This document shows, one piece after another, positions 37,673-47,268 of a DNA stretch of 53,082 nucleotides. Position numbers and translations under genes: made by a program. Each line of letters starts with the position of its first letter. Position 1 is the first letter of the stretch. This stretch comes from Candidatus Pacearchaeota archaeon (GTDB lineage Archaea > Nanobdellota > Nanobdellia > Pacearchaeales > GW2011-AR1). The notes beneath the pieces were generated by a model. The model saw only the letters and a program-made list of their open reading frames with translations, had not been told where the DNA came from and ran no database searches. The DNA lies in assembly GCA_016866975.1 (NCBI GenBank), contig VGKP01000003.1, forward strand, positions 1 to 53,082, written 5' to 3'.

Positions 37673-38851
37673 AAAGTACAATACCTCTTGGGAAATCAGG
37701 AACAATATTAGGAATGAAAGGATAGAATAGAATGCCAGATTTAATCTTTCACCATAATGCTCATCATCAACAAGCAAGAAAAGGAGAGATATCGGTATGA
37801 TGCTATACCTGAATTCTATATGTTGCATCGGCAGCAAAAACAACAATATGAAAGGATATAATATATAAGAAATATTGCTTACAGTCTTGGTTACCTTCAA
37901 TGATAACATAGTATATGCCAAAGGGATAAAGAATAATATCTTTAACGCCAAAGAGGAAGTTATCGCCAAAAGTGCTTGGTTTCTGAAGAACAAGGTTATT
38001 TTATTGAAATGATGTTCGACATTGAATGTTACTAGGTAAATTATAAATGCCAAAGCAATAAATACCCATGTAGATGTTTTACTCAGTTCCTTGGTTACTA
38101 CCTTTCTATTTATCCAGTGCAAAGGCAAGAAAAGTATGAAAGCAATAAAAAGAAATATGAATATATTTCCTGTGAAAAATCCAACAGGATGAATGTTCTT
38201 GGCTTTTATTACAAAGAAGTCTTGGATGAAGAAAGCATATAATATGACTATGGCTCCAATTATAGTCGGCGCAATTAATCTAATGAAATTTAGGCTGAAC
38301 ACTTTTATTTTATTTTTTTCTTCCATGATGATCCATAATATGATGAATCCTATCCAAATTGCATTATTCTGTCTTGCAAATACAGATATTATCGCAAATA
38401 TCTGAGCTAAAGTATAATGCTTCTTTAATACGAGCAGGAATGATAATAATACCAAAAATAGTGAAAAGATATCTGTATATATAAGAAAAAGATAAGGGAA
38501 GATTATTGGGATGTAAAAGAATCTAACAGTCTTGTGGACAGCATTGCTTTGACTGAAATGAGAGATGATAAAATAAGAAATCAAGGCCGTAGATGCTCCA
38601 ATTAAAAGATTGATGAATCTGAAGAAAGATATTGAATCGTTCCCAAATATCCATCCAAAAATAAAAATAAAAGCGTGATATAGGGGATAAAATGGGATTG
38701 ATGCATATACGCTTATTTGCCCATTGAAAAACATCATTAATTGCCGATAATGGTCGTGTTCATCAACATAAAGCCCTCTTTGAGAGATGATTAAATATCC
38801 CAATACTGCACCCAATACCATAAGAGATAACAATATTTTCTTATTTATCAT
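37670..38851 (-). CDS. GT-C membrane glycosyltransferase, ALG10/Die2-like
   Basis: YVDEHDH, IYTDIFS, RQNNAIW and EFRYSIIP parallel the ALG10 motifs YMDEIFH, YYTD, RQTNIIW and EFRYFILP. Confidence 0.7.
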   Translation of the reverse strand: MINKKILLSLMVLGAVLGYLIISQRGLYVDEHDHYRQLMMFFNGQISVYASIPFYPLYHAFIFIFGWIFGNDSISFFRFINLLIGASTALISYFIISHFSQSNAVHKTVRFFYIPIIFPYLFLIYTDIFSLFLVLLSFLLVLKKHYTLAQIFAIISVFARQNNAIWIGFIILWIIMEEKNKIKVFSLNFIRLIAPTIIGAIVILYAFFIQDFFVIKAKNIHPVGFFTGNIFIFLFIAFILFLPLHWINRKVVTKELSKTSTWVFIALAFIIYLVTFNVEHHFNKITLFFRNQALLAITSSLALKILFFIPLAYTMLSLKVTKTVSNISYILYPFILLFLLPMQHIEFRYSIIPISLLFLLVDDEHYGERLNLAFYSILSFLILFLISQEVLYF

Positions 38852-39548
38852 AAAATTTCCTAGAATAATATCTTAGAAGGTTTGAGAGATAGAATCTTAT
38901 TTCCTTGAGACTTACCTTGCTTTTGCCTTTTTTTCTATCTACGAAGGTAATAGGTACTTCTACTATCCTCGCAGGTTTGGACTTAATTATTATTTCAAGC
39001 AATATCTTGAACCCTTTTGAGTTAATTTGTGATTTAGACAGTAAAGATTTTTTTAAAATGAAAAATCCAGTCATGGGATCCAGGACTCTAGTCAATGGGC
39101 GCGCAAGGAGTGTTGCCGTAGATGAGAGAACTTTTCTTCTTAATCCCCATCCCTCAATCTTCCCTCCCTGTATGTACCTGCTTCCAATAACTAGATCTGC
39201 ACCTTCCATCACTCGAGAATACATCTCACCTATTTTTTTTGTAGGATGGCTTCGGTCAGAATCCATCAATCCGACAAATTTCGCCTTTGAAAGGTTAAAA
39301 CCTTCCATGGCTGCAGATGACAATCCTCTTTTTCCTTTCCTATGTATAACTTTTACCTTGTCATTCTTCCTGCATATTCTGTCCGCAATCACACCAGTAC
39401 AATCAGGAGAACTATCATCGACAATAATTACTTCCCCTGCTATTCTTCTCTTTTTGAACTCTGTAAATATATCTCTTACAATCGCATCCAAATTGTCCAC
39501 CTCATTATAAGTCGGCAAGATCATGGATAGCTCCGCTCTTTTCCCCAT
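38841..39548 (-). CDS. Polyprenol/dolichol-phosphate glycosyl synthase (GT2, DPM1-like)
   Basis: ILPTYNE, DDSSPD, MDSDRSH, GSRY and GFKILLEI motifs. Confidence 0.88.
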   Translation of the reverse strand: MGKRAELSMILPTYNEVDNLDAIVRDIFTEFKKRRIAGEVIIVDDSSPDCTGVIADRICRKNDKVKVIHRKGKRGLSSAAMEGFNLSKAKFVGLMDSDRSHPTKKIGEMYSRVMEGADLVIGSRYIQGGKIEGWGLRRKVLSSTATLLARPLTRVLDPMTGFFILKKSLLSKSQINSKGFKILLEIIIKSKPARIVEVPITFVDRKKGKSKVSLKEIRFYLSNLLRYYSRKFYDK

Positions 39549-39700
39549 TTAAAGACTATAATAGCAGAATATTAAAACCTTCTTAAAATATTAAAATAGG
39601 GTTATAGAAATAAAACCAATCTTGAATATTTAGACTTTTCTTTTCGAAAAGTTGCTTTGTTTCACAATGATAATTTTAAACAAGCTCGAGGTAAGAAAAT

Positions 39701-40018
39701 ATGAACCAAGAAGAAATGTCTCTTTACGAAGGTCAAATAGTCTATTTTCTACATAAACTGAATGAAGAAGATCCAATACCTGGTAGATGTTCTAGAGGAG
39801 TAATATACAAAGGAAAATGTTATGACATCTCCATTAAATACAAAAATGGCCAGATTCCTTCCATACATCTAGAGACTATAAGGCCAGATTATATAGGATA
39901 TATCGGAGTCCTGCAGAAAAGCCAATATTCTGGCCTTGAGCAAAGCGTATTGGATACCCTCCTATCTGGAGAACACGAGTTTTCCTGCCTAAAAGTCAAA
40001 GTAGTATTTGATCCTTGA
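39701..40018 (+). CDS. Hypothetical protein
   Basis: 105 aa ORF with a TATA-like motif about 27 nt upstream. Confidence 0.5.
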   Translation: MNQEEMSLYEGQIVYFLHKLNEEDPIPGRCSRGVIYKGKCYDISIKYKNGQIPSIHLETIRPDYIGYIGVLQKSQYSGLEQSVLDTLLSGEHEFSCLKVKVVFDP

Positions 40019-40103
40019 AGAGAGGAAAAGGAGAAAGACAGAGAGAAAAAAACAAGGAAAAGGAAAGAAGAAAAGAGATTAAAAAAAAGAGAAGTTAGTT
40101 AAA

Positions 40104-40225
40104 ATCACAAAAACGATGCGCCACCTCGGCTTAAAAGCCGAGGTTTGTTGCAGGCGCTCGTTTTTGGAGATGCTCGGGAACCACCACACCTTGAAAGGTG
40201 TGGTTTTCATCGGTTCCCGACATAA
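40104..40225 (+). mobile_element. Hairpin element copy 7 (A + B)
   Basis: Identical in sequence to copy 3 by eye. It abuts the aRF1 stop codon. Confidence 0.93.
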
Positions 40226-41344
40226 TCACTCGATTGGAAACCGAAGTATTGCACCAACACCCTTCGTTAAATTAAAAAATTGTTCTCCTTCCTGGTTCTC
40301 ATTTCCAATTATTATGACCTCAGAACCGATATTATTTGCCTTCTGCTCTAATTCCTGCATCACACTTTTCGCCACATCTTTTGAGATCAGCAACTTCTCA
40401 ACCGCGCCTCTCTCCAAAGCAAGCTTTACTTTTTCATAACCATATGCTGCCCTCTCTCTCTTTTTTCCAAGGGTTTCAAAAAATTTCTGGATAATCTCTT
40501 TCTCCTTTATGAATTCTTGTTGTGAAATATCTTCTTGTGAAGCCTCGACCAACAATTTAAGACCATGATCATCAGTATATCCAATATCTTTGACAGCTAT
40601 GACTTTCTCCTTTAATTTAGTGACAAGATCCCCTTGGTCCAAAAATTCTTCTTTTGTTGGAATAGGTCCGCCAACAAGTATCCCATGTAATTTTGGAAGA
40701 TCAAAAAATATCTCTTTCATAGATTCTGATACTCTCCTGAAAAATTCCTTTGCGAGCCCTTCCGTAATCCTATGGAATCTCTGACTACTCTGCCCTCCTG
40801 CCCTTACCTTACCAGGAACTCCTGAAGTCATAGTCCTAAGAACCTTTATCTGCTTTCCTTCAAGCACCCCTATAGTCGCCTGCTGCCTGTCAATGGCCAG
40901 AAGTCCATACACTTCCTGCACTTCTAGCATTTCTTTGAGAGGTTCTATCACAAATGTCTTGTCACATCTATACAACCTCACATTAAGTGGTCTTGGTGGT
41001 TCATATGCCCAAATCTTTATGTCTTGCCCTCCTTCCTTCTCAGATACATTTCCACAATATATGGCCAGGCCATTCTTGGGTGTCTGCTTATAGTTCTTAA
41101 GTTCCCGAATAATCGTCTCAAGTGCAGTCACTACCGCAGTCCTTGTCTGTTTAGATTTTATATTTTCTGCAGTTCCTGCCTCTGATGCAAGTTGGCTAGA
41201 TACCTGATGGATATTCGTCCCGGATGGAATCAACACCGATACAAGCTCAGTATGGCTTCCACGGATACCTATAAGTAAGTTCACGATTTCTTCAAGTTCT
41301 TGTTTCTGCTTCGGAGTAATCTCCGGGCTGATTATGTCTGCCAT
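40226..41344 (-). CDS. prf1: Peptide chain release factor aRF1
   Basis: TELVSVLIP, NIKS, YRCDKTF and AGGQS motifs. Confidence 0.96.
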   Translation of the reverse strand: MADIISPEITPKQKQELEEIVNLLIGIRGSHTELVSVLIPSGTNIHQVSSQLASEAGTAENIKSKQTRTAVVTALETIIRELKNYKQTPKNGLAIYCGNVSEKEGGQDIKIWAYEPPRPLNVRLYRCDKTFVIEPLKEMLEVQEVYGLLAIDRQQATIGVLEGKQIKVLRTMTSGVPGKVRAGGQSSQRFHRITEGLAKEFFRRVSESMKEIFFDLPKLHGILVGGPIPTKEEFLDQGDLVTKLKEKVIAVKDIGYTDDHGLKLLVEASQEDISQQEFIKEKEIIQKFFETLGKKRERAAYGYEKVKLALERGAVEKLLISKDVAKSVMQELEQKANNIGSEVIIIGNENQEGEQFFNLTKGVGAILRFPIE

Positions 41345-41411
41345 GAATTGAGAAGAAAAGAATGGTTAATAAAGGTTAGGACTACATCAAATGAAGAGTT
41401 TCCTTATTTTG

Positions 41412-42380
41412 TTATTCAAACACCATTTTTTCTGCGGGAAAAATATACTCTTCTATTATTACTGCACTTTCAACCTTATTAATGTTCTTTGAAAATTCTT
41501 CAGTTAATTTTGAAACAATGAGATTATATTCTCCAAATCCCTTGCATAGAATTTCAAGTTCCATATCCCATGGAGAAATCTGCTTAATGACGTGAATGAT
41601 ATTTTGATCTTTTCTCACATATTCCATAAATCTTTCAAGTTCGGCACTACTCAAGCATCTAAAATACAAGAAAGTTTTATACAATTCATAACCTAATTTT
41701 GAGTAATCTACATGAGTTGTATATCTCTTAATGATTTCTTGCTCCTCAAGTTTTCTCATGCGTCCTCTTACGATATCCACGCTAACTCCCATTTCATGCG
41801 CAATTGTTGCGATATTCTCTCGTGCATTCTTAAAAAGCTTCCTCAGTATACCTTTGCTCACTTTATCCAATTCAATAGCGACATGTTTATCAAACATGCT
41901 CGTCCATTCAGCATTTTCTTTAAATAAGAATGTTTTATCATGATAAGATACTGAAACTACGTTTCCTATCTTGCTCTCCAAAATCAAGTCTTTATATTTT
42001 GAAAATAAGCTATTTTTCAGCTCAAAAAATTCTTCAGGAGACTTGACAAAATAAGTCAGGCCTGCGTTCCACGCACCTTCGGCAATTCCTAGCCAAAATA
42101 ATCTTTTATCAGAGGTGACATGAGCAATTAGTTCTTTTCTTTTTGAAGGAATATTTGCTAATTGTAAATACATCTTCACAGTAGAATAGCCTAAACTTAC
42201 AGGATCTATCCAAGTCGTAAATCCTAATATCACTCCTTTATCTTTCAATTTTCCGATGCGGTAGCGCACAGCTTCTTTGCTTTTCCCTATTTTCTTCGCA
42301 AGTGCCACTTCGCTAATACGAGAATTTCTGTCAAGTTCATAGATGATTCTTTTATCAATATCGTCAATTTCAATTCTCAT
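41412..42380 (-). CDS. Tandem Lrp/AsnC-type transcriptional regulator (two wHTH-RAM units)
   Basis: IDDIDKRIIYELDRNSR and LDKVSKGILRKLFKNAR HTH starts. Confidence 0.85.
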   Translation of the reverse strand: MRIEIDDIDKRIIYELDRNSRISEVALAKKIGKSKEAVRYRIGKLKDKGVILGFTTWIDPVSLGYSTVKMYLQLANIPSKRKELIAHVTSDKRLFWLGIAEGAWNAGLTYFVKSPEEFFELKNSLFSKYKDLILESKIGNVVSVSYHDKTFLFKENAEWTSMFDKHVAIELDKVSKGILRKLFKNARENIATIAHEMGVSVDIVRGRMRKLEEQEIIKRYTTHVDYSKLGYELYKTFLYFRCLSSAELERFMEYVRKDQNIIHVIKQISPWDMELEILCKGFGEYNLIVSKLTEEFSKNINKVESAVIIEEYIFPAEKMVFE

Positions 42381-42473
42381 TTTAGTAAATAATTGTTTTA
42401 ATTTATAAATTTTTCCATTATTTGACTATTATAAGACCAAAATATTTATCTATTAACAATTGATGCATTTTTT

Positions 42474-43256
42474 ATGGCATATGGTAATTTCCAAGACCTT
42501 TCAAATGTTGAAGAATATCTCAAAGAAAGAATCATGAAAACTAAAGCGACAGCCATCATAGGGGGACATTACGCTCTGGAACCAGAATACAAAAAAGAAT
42601 GTCTAGAAGTGCGTTCCGGGATAGATGAAGATGATGCCTTCGGAGCTTTTCCTATTGCAACATTTGATTATGCATGTAGATTGGCATCTTTTGCAAGAGA
42701 AAGAGGTAAACAGAGCAAGCTAGTTCTGTTGATTGACGACCATTCTCTTATGCATCCGAGAAATTGGTATGCGCAGACAGAGGAAGATGAAAATTCAAAG
42801 CAGACACAAGAAGCTGTGCAAAGATATTTTAGTTCTTTTCAAGTCCCGCAATCATATCAAAAAATCCTAGGAAAATACGGCCTTGCACAGAATGACCTCT
42901 TATCTTCAAAACAAGGTCTTCCAGTCTTTCAAGAAAGCAGATATAGAGTAGCTTATTTAAAAAAAACAGGAGTTGATCGTACATGCGCAGGAGAATTTGA
43001 GTTCATCCTTGACGAGATTTCCCATGCTGGATTTGATAACATCATAGGCTATATACCTCTCCGTTGTCGTGAACCAACTTGCGGGGCACTGGTAAGCACG
43101 AATTTCTATGCAATACAGGAAAATAGAGGACGTAGCTTTCAGGGTGATCTTATATATATGATAACTAGAAATAATTATGATTCAATTGAGAAGTTTGAAG
43201 CAGCACACAATGATGATAATCATGGTATTCTATTATTTCATTGTGGAGGTGATTAA
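42474..43256 (+). CDS. Hypothetical protein
   Basis: 260 aa ORF with no recognised family. Confidence 0.55.
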   Translation: MAYGNFQDLSNVEEYLKERIMKTKATAIIGGHYALEPEYKKECLEVRSGIDEDDAFGAFPIATFDYACRLASFARERGKQSKLVLLIDDHSLMHPRNWYAQTEEDENSKQTQEAVQRYFSSFQVPQSYQKILGKYGLAQNDLLSSKQGLPVFQESRYRVAYLKKTGVDRTCAGEFEFILDEISHAGFDNIIGYIPLRCREPTCGALVSTNFYAIQENRGRSFQGDLIYMITRNNYDSIEKFEAAHNDDNHGILLFHCGGD

Positions 43257-45589
43257 ACAAACTCTACTTTCATCTCCCCTTCTTTCACTCCCTTAAAATT
43301 GCAGACCGCCTTCAAATCACTCATGACTGAAGCAAGAATTTTCTGCTCTGCTTTAGGCAATGAAAGCAATATTTCTGCCTTCATGGATTTCTTAGCTTCT
43401 GATTTCTTTCCGCGCACAAAAGCGACAATGTCAAGCATATGCTGCCAAGTTTCGCTATCGCTCTTTAAAGTTGCTATCTTGAGTAACTTAGGCCATTCTG
43501 ATAAATGTACTGATTTTTCCCCCTCATATTTTCTAAAATGTGTTTGAAAGATTTCTTCAGTAATATAAGGGACTATAGGAGCATATAATTTCAATACAGC
43601 TAAAAAGGCTTGATATAATGTATATGCTGCCGATGCTTTCTCATCTTCATTTCCCTGATATACTCTATTCTTTACAATCTCGAGATAATTGTCTGCAAAT
43701 ACCTTCCAGAAAAATTGGTCTGTCTCGAGCCTTGCTCTAGCATAATCACAGTCATCAAATGCATCTGTTACCTTTTTTATCAATGAATTCAGTTGTAATA
43801 AGAAAAGCCTGTCACTCTCATGCAATTTAACTTTTTTTACCGGCAGTGATCCTGAGATGTTCATGAAAACAAAATTTGCAGCATTCAGCAATTTAGTTAC
43901 AAGTTTCTTCCCAGTCACTAGATCTTTCTCCTGATAATCGAGATCTTCTCCTAATTTTGAGGAAGATGCCCAATATCTTAATGCGTCAGCGCCAAATTTA
44001 TTCAACACATCTTTAGGTTCTATAGTATTTCCCTTAGACTTCGACATTTTTTCTCCTCCAAGAGATACATTGCCTGATATCGCAATTGTTTCCCATGGTA
44101 ATTTTTTCTCATGATACAATGATTTTACAATAGTATAAAACGCCCAAGTCCTGATTATATCGTGGGCTTGCGGCCTAAGAGCATAGGGTATCTTGACTCC
44201 AGTAGTCAATGATGCTGCAATCTCTGGTGTCAGCGAAGAAGTCGCCCAAGTATCTAGGACTTTGCTTTCAGGTTCGGCAACATTCTTGCACTTTGGACAT
44301 TTTTTCTCTTTCTCCAAAGGATCTACGGGCAATTCTCTTTCATCAGGCAGTATGAACTCATCACAATCTTTGCAATGCCATATCGGTATGGGTATTCCAA
44401 AGTGCCTCTCTCGAGAGATAGACCAGTCCCATTCCAGCCCATTTACCCAATTCTCATATCTTTTGAACATAAATTCCGGCTTCCAGGAAATCTTTTTAGC
44501 TTCTTTGATGAGCATCTCCTTATTGTCCAGAATCTTTATGAACCATTGTGACACTGGAAGAAACTCTATGGGCGTCCCGCATTTATCATGCACGTTCACA
44601 ATATGTTTTATCTGTTTCTGCTCAATTATAAGCCCTTTTTCTTTTAGATCCTTCAATATTGCCTTCCTCGCATCTTTTATTTGCATACCTGAATAAGGCG
44701 AAGCAGAGACCTTCCCTTTACTTGTAAGAACTACATTAGGTTGAAGTCTATGCCTCTTAATAGCATCGACATCATATTTATCACCATATGAACATATCAT
44801 TAATACTCCCGTTCCCTTGTCCATCTTTGCAGAATCGTCTGCTATAATGGGGACTTCATGCTCAAATATAGGCACTTTTGCTTTCTTTCCAACAAGCCTT
44901 GAATATCTCTTATCCTGATGGTTCACAAATACTGCGACACATGCCCCAAGGAGCTCAGGCCTTGTAGTAGCGATAGGCAATACTTCTTTCCCACACATAA
45001 ACTTCAATGTCGTGAAAAAAGTATCTTTTTCAAGATCTTCCAGTTCTGCCTGCGCAATAGGCGTCTGACATTCTGGGCAGAATAAGGTAGGAAATGCTTC
45101 TTCATATATCCTGGCTTTCTTATATAATTCAAAAAATGATTTCTGTGACAATGTCTGCGCATGTTTGTCTATTGTAGAATAATACATCTCATAATCTGCA
45201 GATACACCTAAATCCTTCCAGTCTTGCACAAAATCAGGAGTTATCTCCTTCAATGTTTTCAAGCATAACTCGATGAAAGCGGCACGAGTCATCTCTTTGC
45301 TCTTCACACCTTTTAATCTTTCAACAAGCCTTTCAGTAGGAAGTCCGTTGTCATCTGTCCCAAAAGGATAAAAAACCTCATTTCCAGACATCCTTTTATA
45401 TCTCACTATAAAATCTTGTTGCGAATATGAAAACGCATGTCCTAAATGCATATTCCCAGATACAGTTGGAGGAGGTGTATCTACTGCATATACTCTTTTC
45501 TTAGACTTGGGATTATAGGCAAAGATCTTCTCCTTCTCCCAGAAATCCCTCCATTTCTTTTCTATCTCAGCACTATTAAGTTCAGGCAT
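43253..45589 (-). CDS. valS: Valyl-tRNA synthetase (archaeal type)
   Basis: DTPPPTVSG, HLGH, WSISRERHFGIPIP, RPQAHDII and KMSKS motifs. Confidence 0.96.
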   Translation of the reverse strand: MPELNSAEIEKKWRDFWEKEKIFAYNPKSKKRVYAVDTPPPTVSGNMHLGHAFSYSQQDFIVRYKRMSGNEVFYPFGTDDNGLPTERLVERLKGVKSKEMTRAAFIELCLKTLKEITPDFVQDWKDLGVSADYEMYYSTIDKHAQTLSQKSFFELYKKARIYEEAFPTLFCPECQTPIAQAELEDLEKDTFFTTLKFMCGKEVLPIATTRPELLGACVAVFVNHQDKRYSRLVGKKAKVPIFEHEVPIIADDSAKMDKGTGVLMICSYGDKYDVDAIKRHRLQPNVVLTSKGKVSASPYSGMQIKDARKAILKDLKEKGLIIEQKQIKHIVNVHDKCGTPIEFLPVSQWFIKILDNKEMLIKEAKKISWKPEFMFKRYENWVNGLEWDWSISRERHFGIPIPIWHCKDCDEFILPDERELPVDPLEKEKKCPKCKNVAEPESKVLDTWATSSLTPEIAASLTTGVKIPYALRPQAHDIIRTWAFYTIVKSLYHEKKLPWETIAISGNVSLGGEKMSKSKGNTIEPKDVLNKFGADALRYWASSSKLGEDLDYQEKDLVTGKKLVTKLLNAANFVFMNISGSLPVKKVKLHESDRLFLLQLNSLIKKVTDAFDDCDYARARLETDQFFWKVFADNYLEIVKNRVYQGNEDEKASAAYTLYQAFLAVLKLYAPIVPYITEEIFQTHFRKYEGEKSVHLSEWPKLLKIATLKSDSETWQHMLDIVAFVRGKKSEAKKSMKAEILLSLPKAEQKILASVMSDLKAVCNFKGVKEGEMKVEFV

Positions 45590-45673
45590 AAAAAGCTTAA
45601 GAATGGAGAGGTTAAAAAGATTTGGTGAGACTCATTAAGATACTTTTTTAAATATAATCTCATTAAATATCCT

Positions 45674-45979
45674 ATGGGAAGTTATTATAGAAGAAAACTA
45701 GTATACTTTGCAAGAAATGGATTTTACATGGGTGCAGATGCAGTAGGTTTGCTTTATTCTCTTTGTAATGGAGACGAGCGCTCTCTGGGTTTTAGTGCGC
45801 TCGAAAAACAAGTTAAATCAGTCCAAAGAAAAGTCTCTGCTACAACACAGTTGGCAATGATTGTAGGGGGATTAACAGGATTAGCTGCCAATGTATTTAC
45901 ATTCGGCCTTTTAAACACAATGACACTTAGCGAATCTTATTGTAGGGATAAAAGGAATCTGCAAGACAAAAGACTTTAA
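45674..45979 (+). CDS. Hypothetical small membrane protein
   Basis: 101 aa ORF with one hydrophobic segment. Confidence 0.4.
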   Translation: MGSYYRRKLVYFARNGFYMGADAVGLLYSLCNGDERSLGFSALEKQVKSVQRKVSATTQLAMIVGGLTGLAANVFTFGLLNTMTLSESYCRDKRNLQDKRL

Positions 45980-46015
45980 AGTAGTGTTTAAATAATATTC
46001 TCCTCAATATAATTT

Positions 46016-46630
46016 ATGAATAAAGAAAGTAAGCTATTTCTTAGGATATTCCGAAAGGCAGAATCAAGGTACGGCAAGACCGATAAGAGACTTGCAGGAG
46101 AAGGTTGGCAGCATGATTGGCAGACACTTATAGCTACAATATATTCTGCCCAGAGCAGGGATGAGATGACAATTCCAGTGATGGAGAACCTTTTCAAGAA
46201 ATATCCTTCATTAGATAGCCTCTCCAAGGCACCTCTCCAGGGCATTATGGATATAACAAGAAGAATCAATTACTATAAGACAAAATCAAAAAATGCAAGA
46301 GCTGCAGCCCAGATGCTTATTGACAAATTTAATGGAAATGTTCCTGAAACGATTGAAGAGCTTGTAGAAATACCGGGTGTAGGGAGGAAGACCGCAAACC
46401 TTGTCTTATCAGAAATACATTCAAAAGACACCATCTGCGTTGATACTCACGTACACCGTCTGAGTAATGTGCTCGGTCTCCTCAAGACAAAGACTCCCCA
46501 TCAAACAGAATTAGCCTTGCAAAAAATAGCGCCCAAAGAGTACTGGTCAAGAATTAACAGGATTTTTGTGCTTTGGGGGAAAGATGTAAGGGGAAGGGAC
46601 AAAAATAAGATTCTGGCAAAAATAAAATGA
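46016..46630 (+). CDS. nth: Endonuclease III-family HhH-GPD DNA glycosylase lacking the Fe-S cysteine cluster
   Basis: SAQSRD, IPGVGRKTANLVL and VDTHVHR motifs. No C-terminal CxxxxxxCxxC. Confidence 0.85.
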   Translation: MNKESKLFLRIFRKAESRYGKTDKRLAGEGWQHDWQTLIATIYSAQSRDEMTIPVMENLFKKYPSLDSLSKAPLQGIMDITRRINYYKTKSKNARAAAQMLIDKFNGNVPETIEELVEIPGVGRKTANLVLSEIHSKDTICVDTHVHRLSNVLGLLKTKTPHQTELALQKIAPKEYWSRINRIFVLWGKDVRGRDKNKILAKIK

Positions 46631-47268
46631 AGAAAATCACAAAAACGATGCGCCACCTCGGCTTAAAAGCCGAGGTTTGTTGCAGGCGCTCGTTTTTTGG
46701 ATGCTCAAGGAACAACTCCAGCTTAAAAGCTGGAGTTTTAGTCAAGTTCCTTGACATAAAAAGAATACATATTTTAGGAATTTACGGCAGTGGAAAATCT
46801 ACTTTTGCTCTTTCTCTGTCTAAAAGATTGAACATTAGGTGCTATGACTTGGATGAGATAAAATACAAGAGAAAATTTGACAAGATTCGCTCATTGAAAG
46901 AAAGATTAAAAATAATCAGAAACATCTCAAGAAAAACCTCTTGGATAACTGAAGGAGCTTGGACATCTTACGCGGCCCCTGTTTACAGAAATGCTGACCT
47001 TGTGGTTTTCCTGAAGATACCCGAACCGAGAATCTATTGGAGGATATTGAAAAGATATATCAGAAGAAGATCAGACTCAACTAAATACGAGAAAGATACC
47101 ATACTTACCACATTGTGCATAATGCGGCAGGTCTTTAGGTATTTTCACAAACCAAAGAGCTTTATGACTTTGCAGAGCCATAAAGAATGCATTGACACAT
47201 ATGCCAAGAAGTATATCCTTTTAAGGAACCAAAAAGAGATAAATGCATTTCTGGATAAGGTAAGATGA
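46627..47268 (+). CDS. Adenylate-kinase-like P-loop protein (FlaR/topology-modulation type) carrying an in-frame hairpin-element insertion near its N-terminus
   Basis: GIYGSGKST, DLDEI and WITEG motifs. About 39-40 codons after MKKI are element-derived. Confidence 0.8.
   Translation: MKKITKTMRHLGLKAEVCCRRSFFGCSRNNSSLKAGVLVKFLDIKRIHILGIYGSGKSTFALSLSKRLNIRCYDLDEIKYKRKFDKIRSLKERLKIIRNISRKTSWITEGAWTSYAAPVYRNADLVVFLKIPEPRIYWRILKRYIRRRSDSTKYEKDTILTTLCIMRQVFRYFHKPKSFMTLQSHKECIDTYAKKYILLRNQKEINAFLDKVR
46636..46759 (+). mobile_element. Hairpin element copy 8 (A + C), intragenic, in frame, no stop
   Basis: Reads TKTMRHLGLKAEVCCRRSFFGCSRNNSSLKAGVLVKFLDI in the host frame. Confidence 0.93.

Noticed and set aside
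40016-40095. About 80-nt purine-rich tract
   Set aside because: Low complexity. It reads as U-rich on the minus strand downstream of aRF1, consistent with an ordinary archaeal terminator region; no further structure seen.
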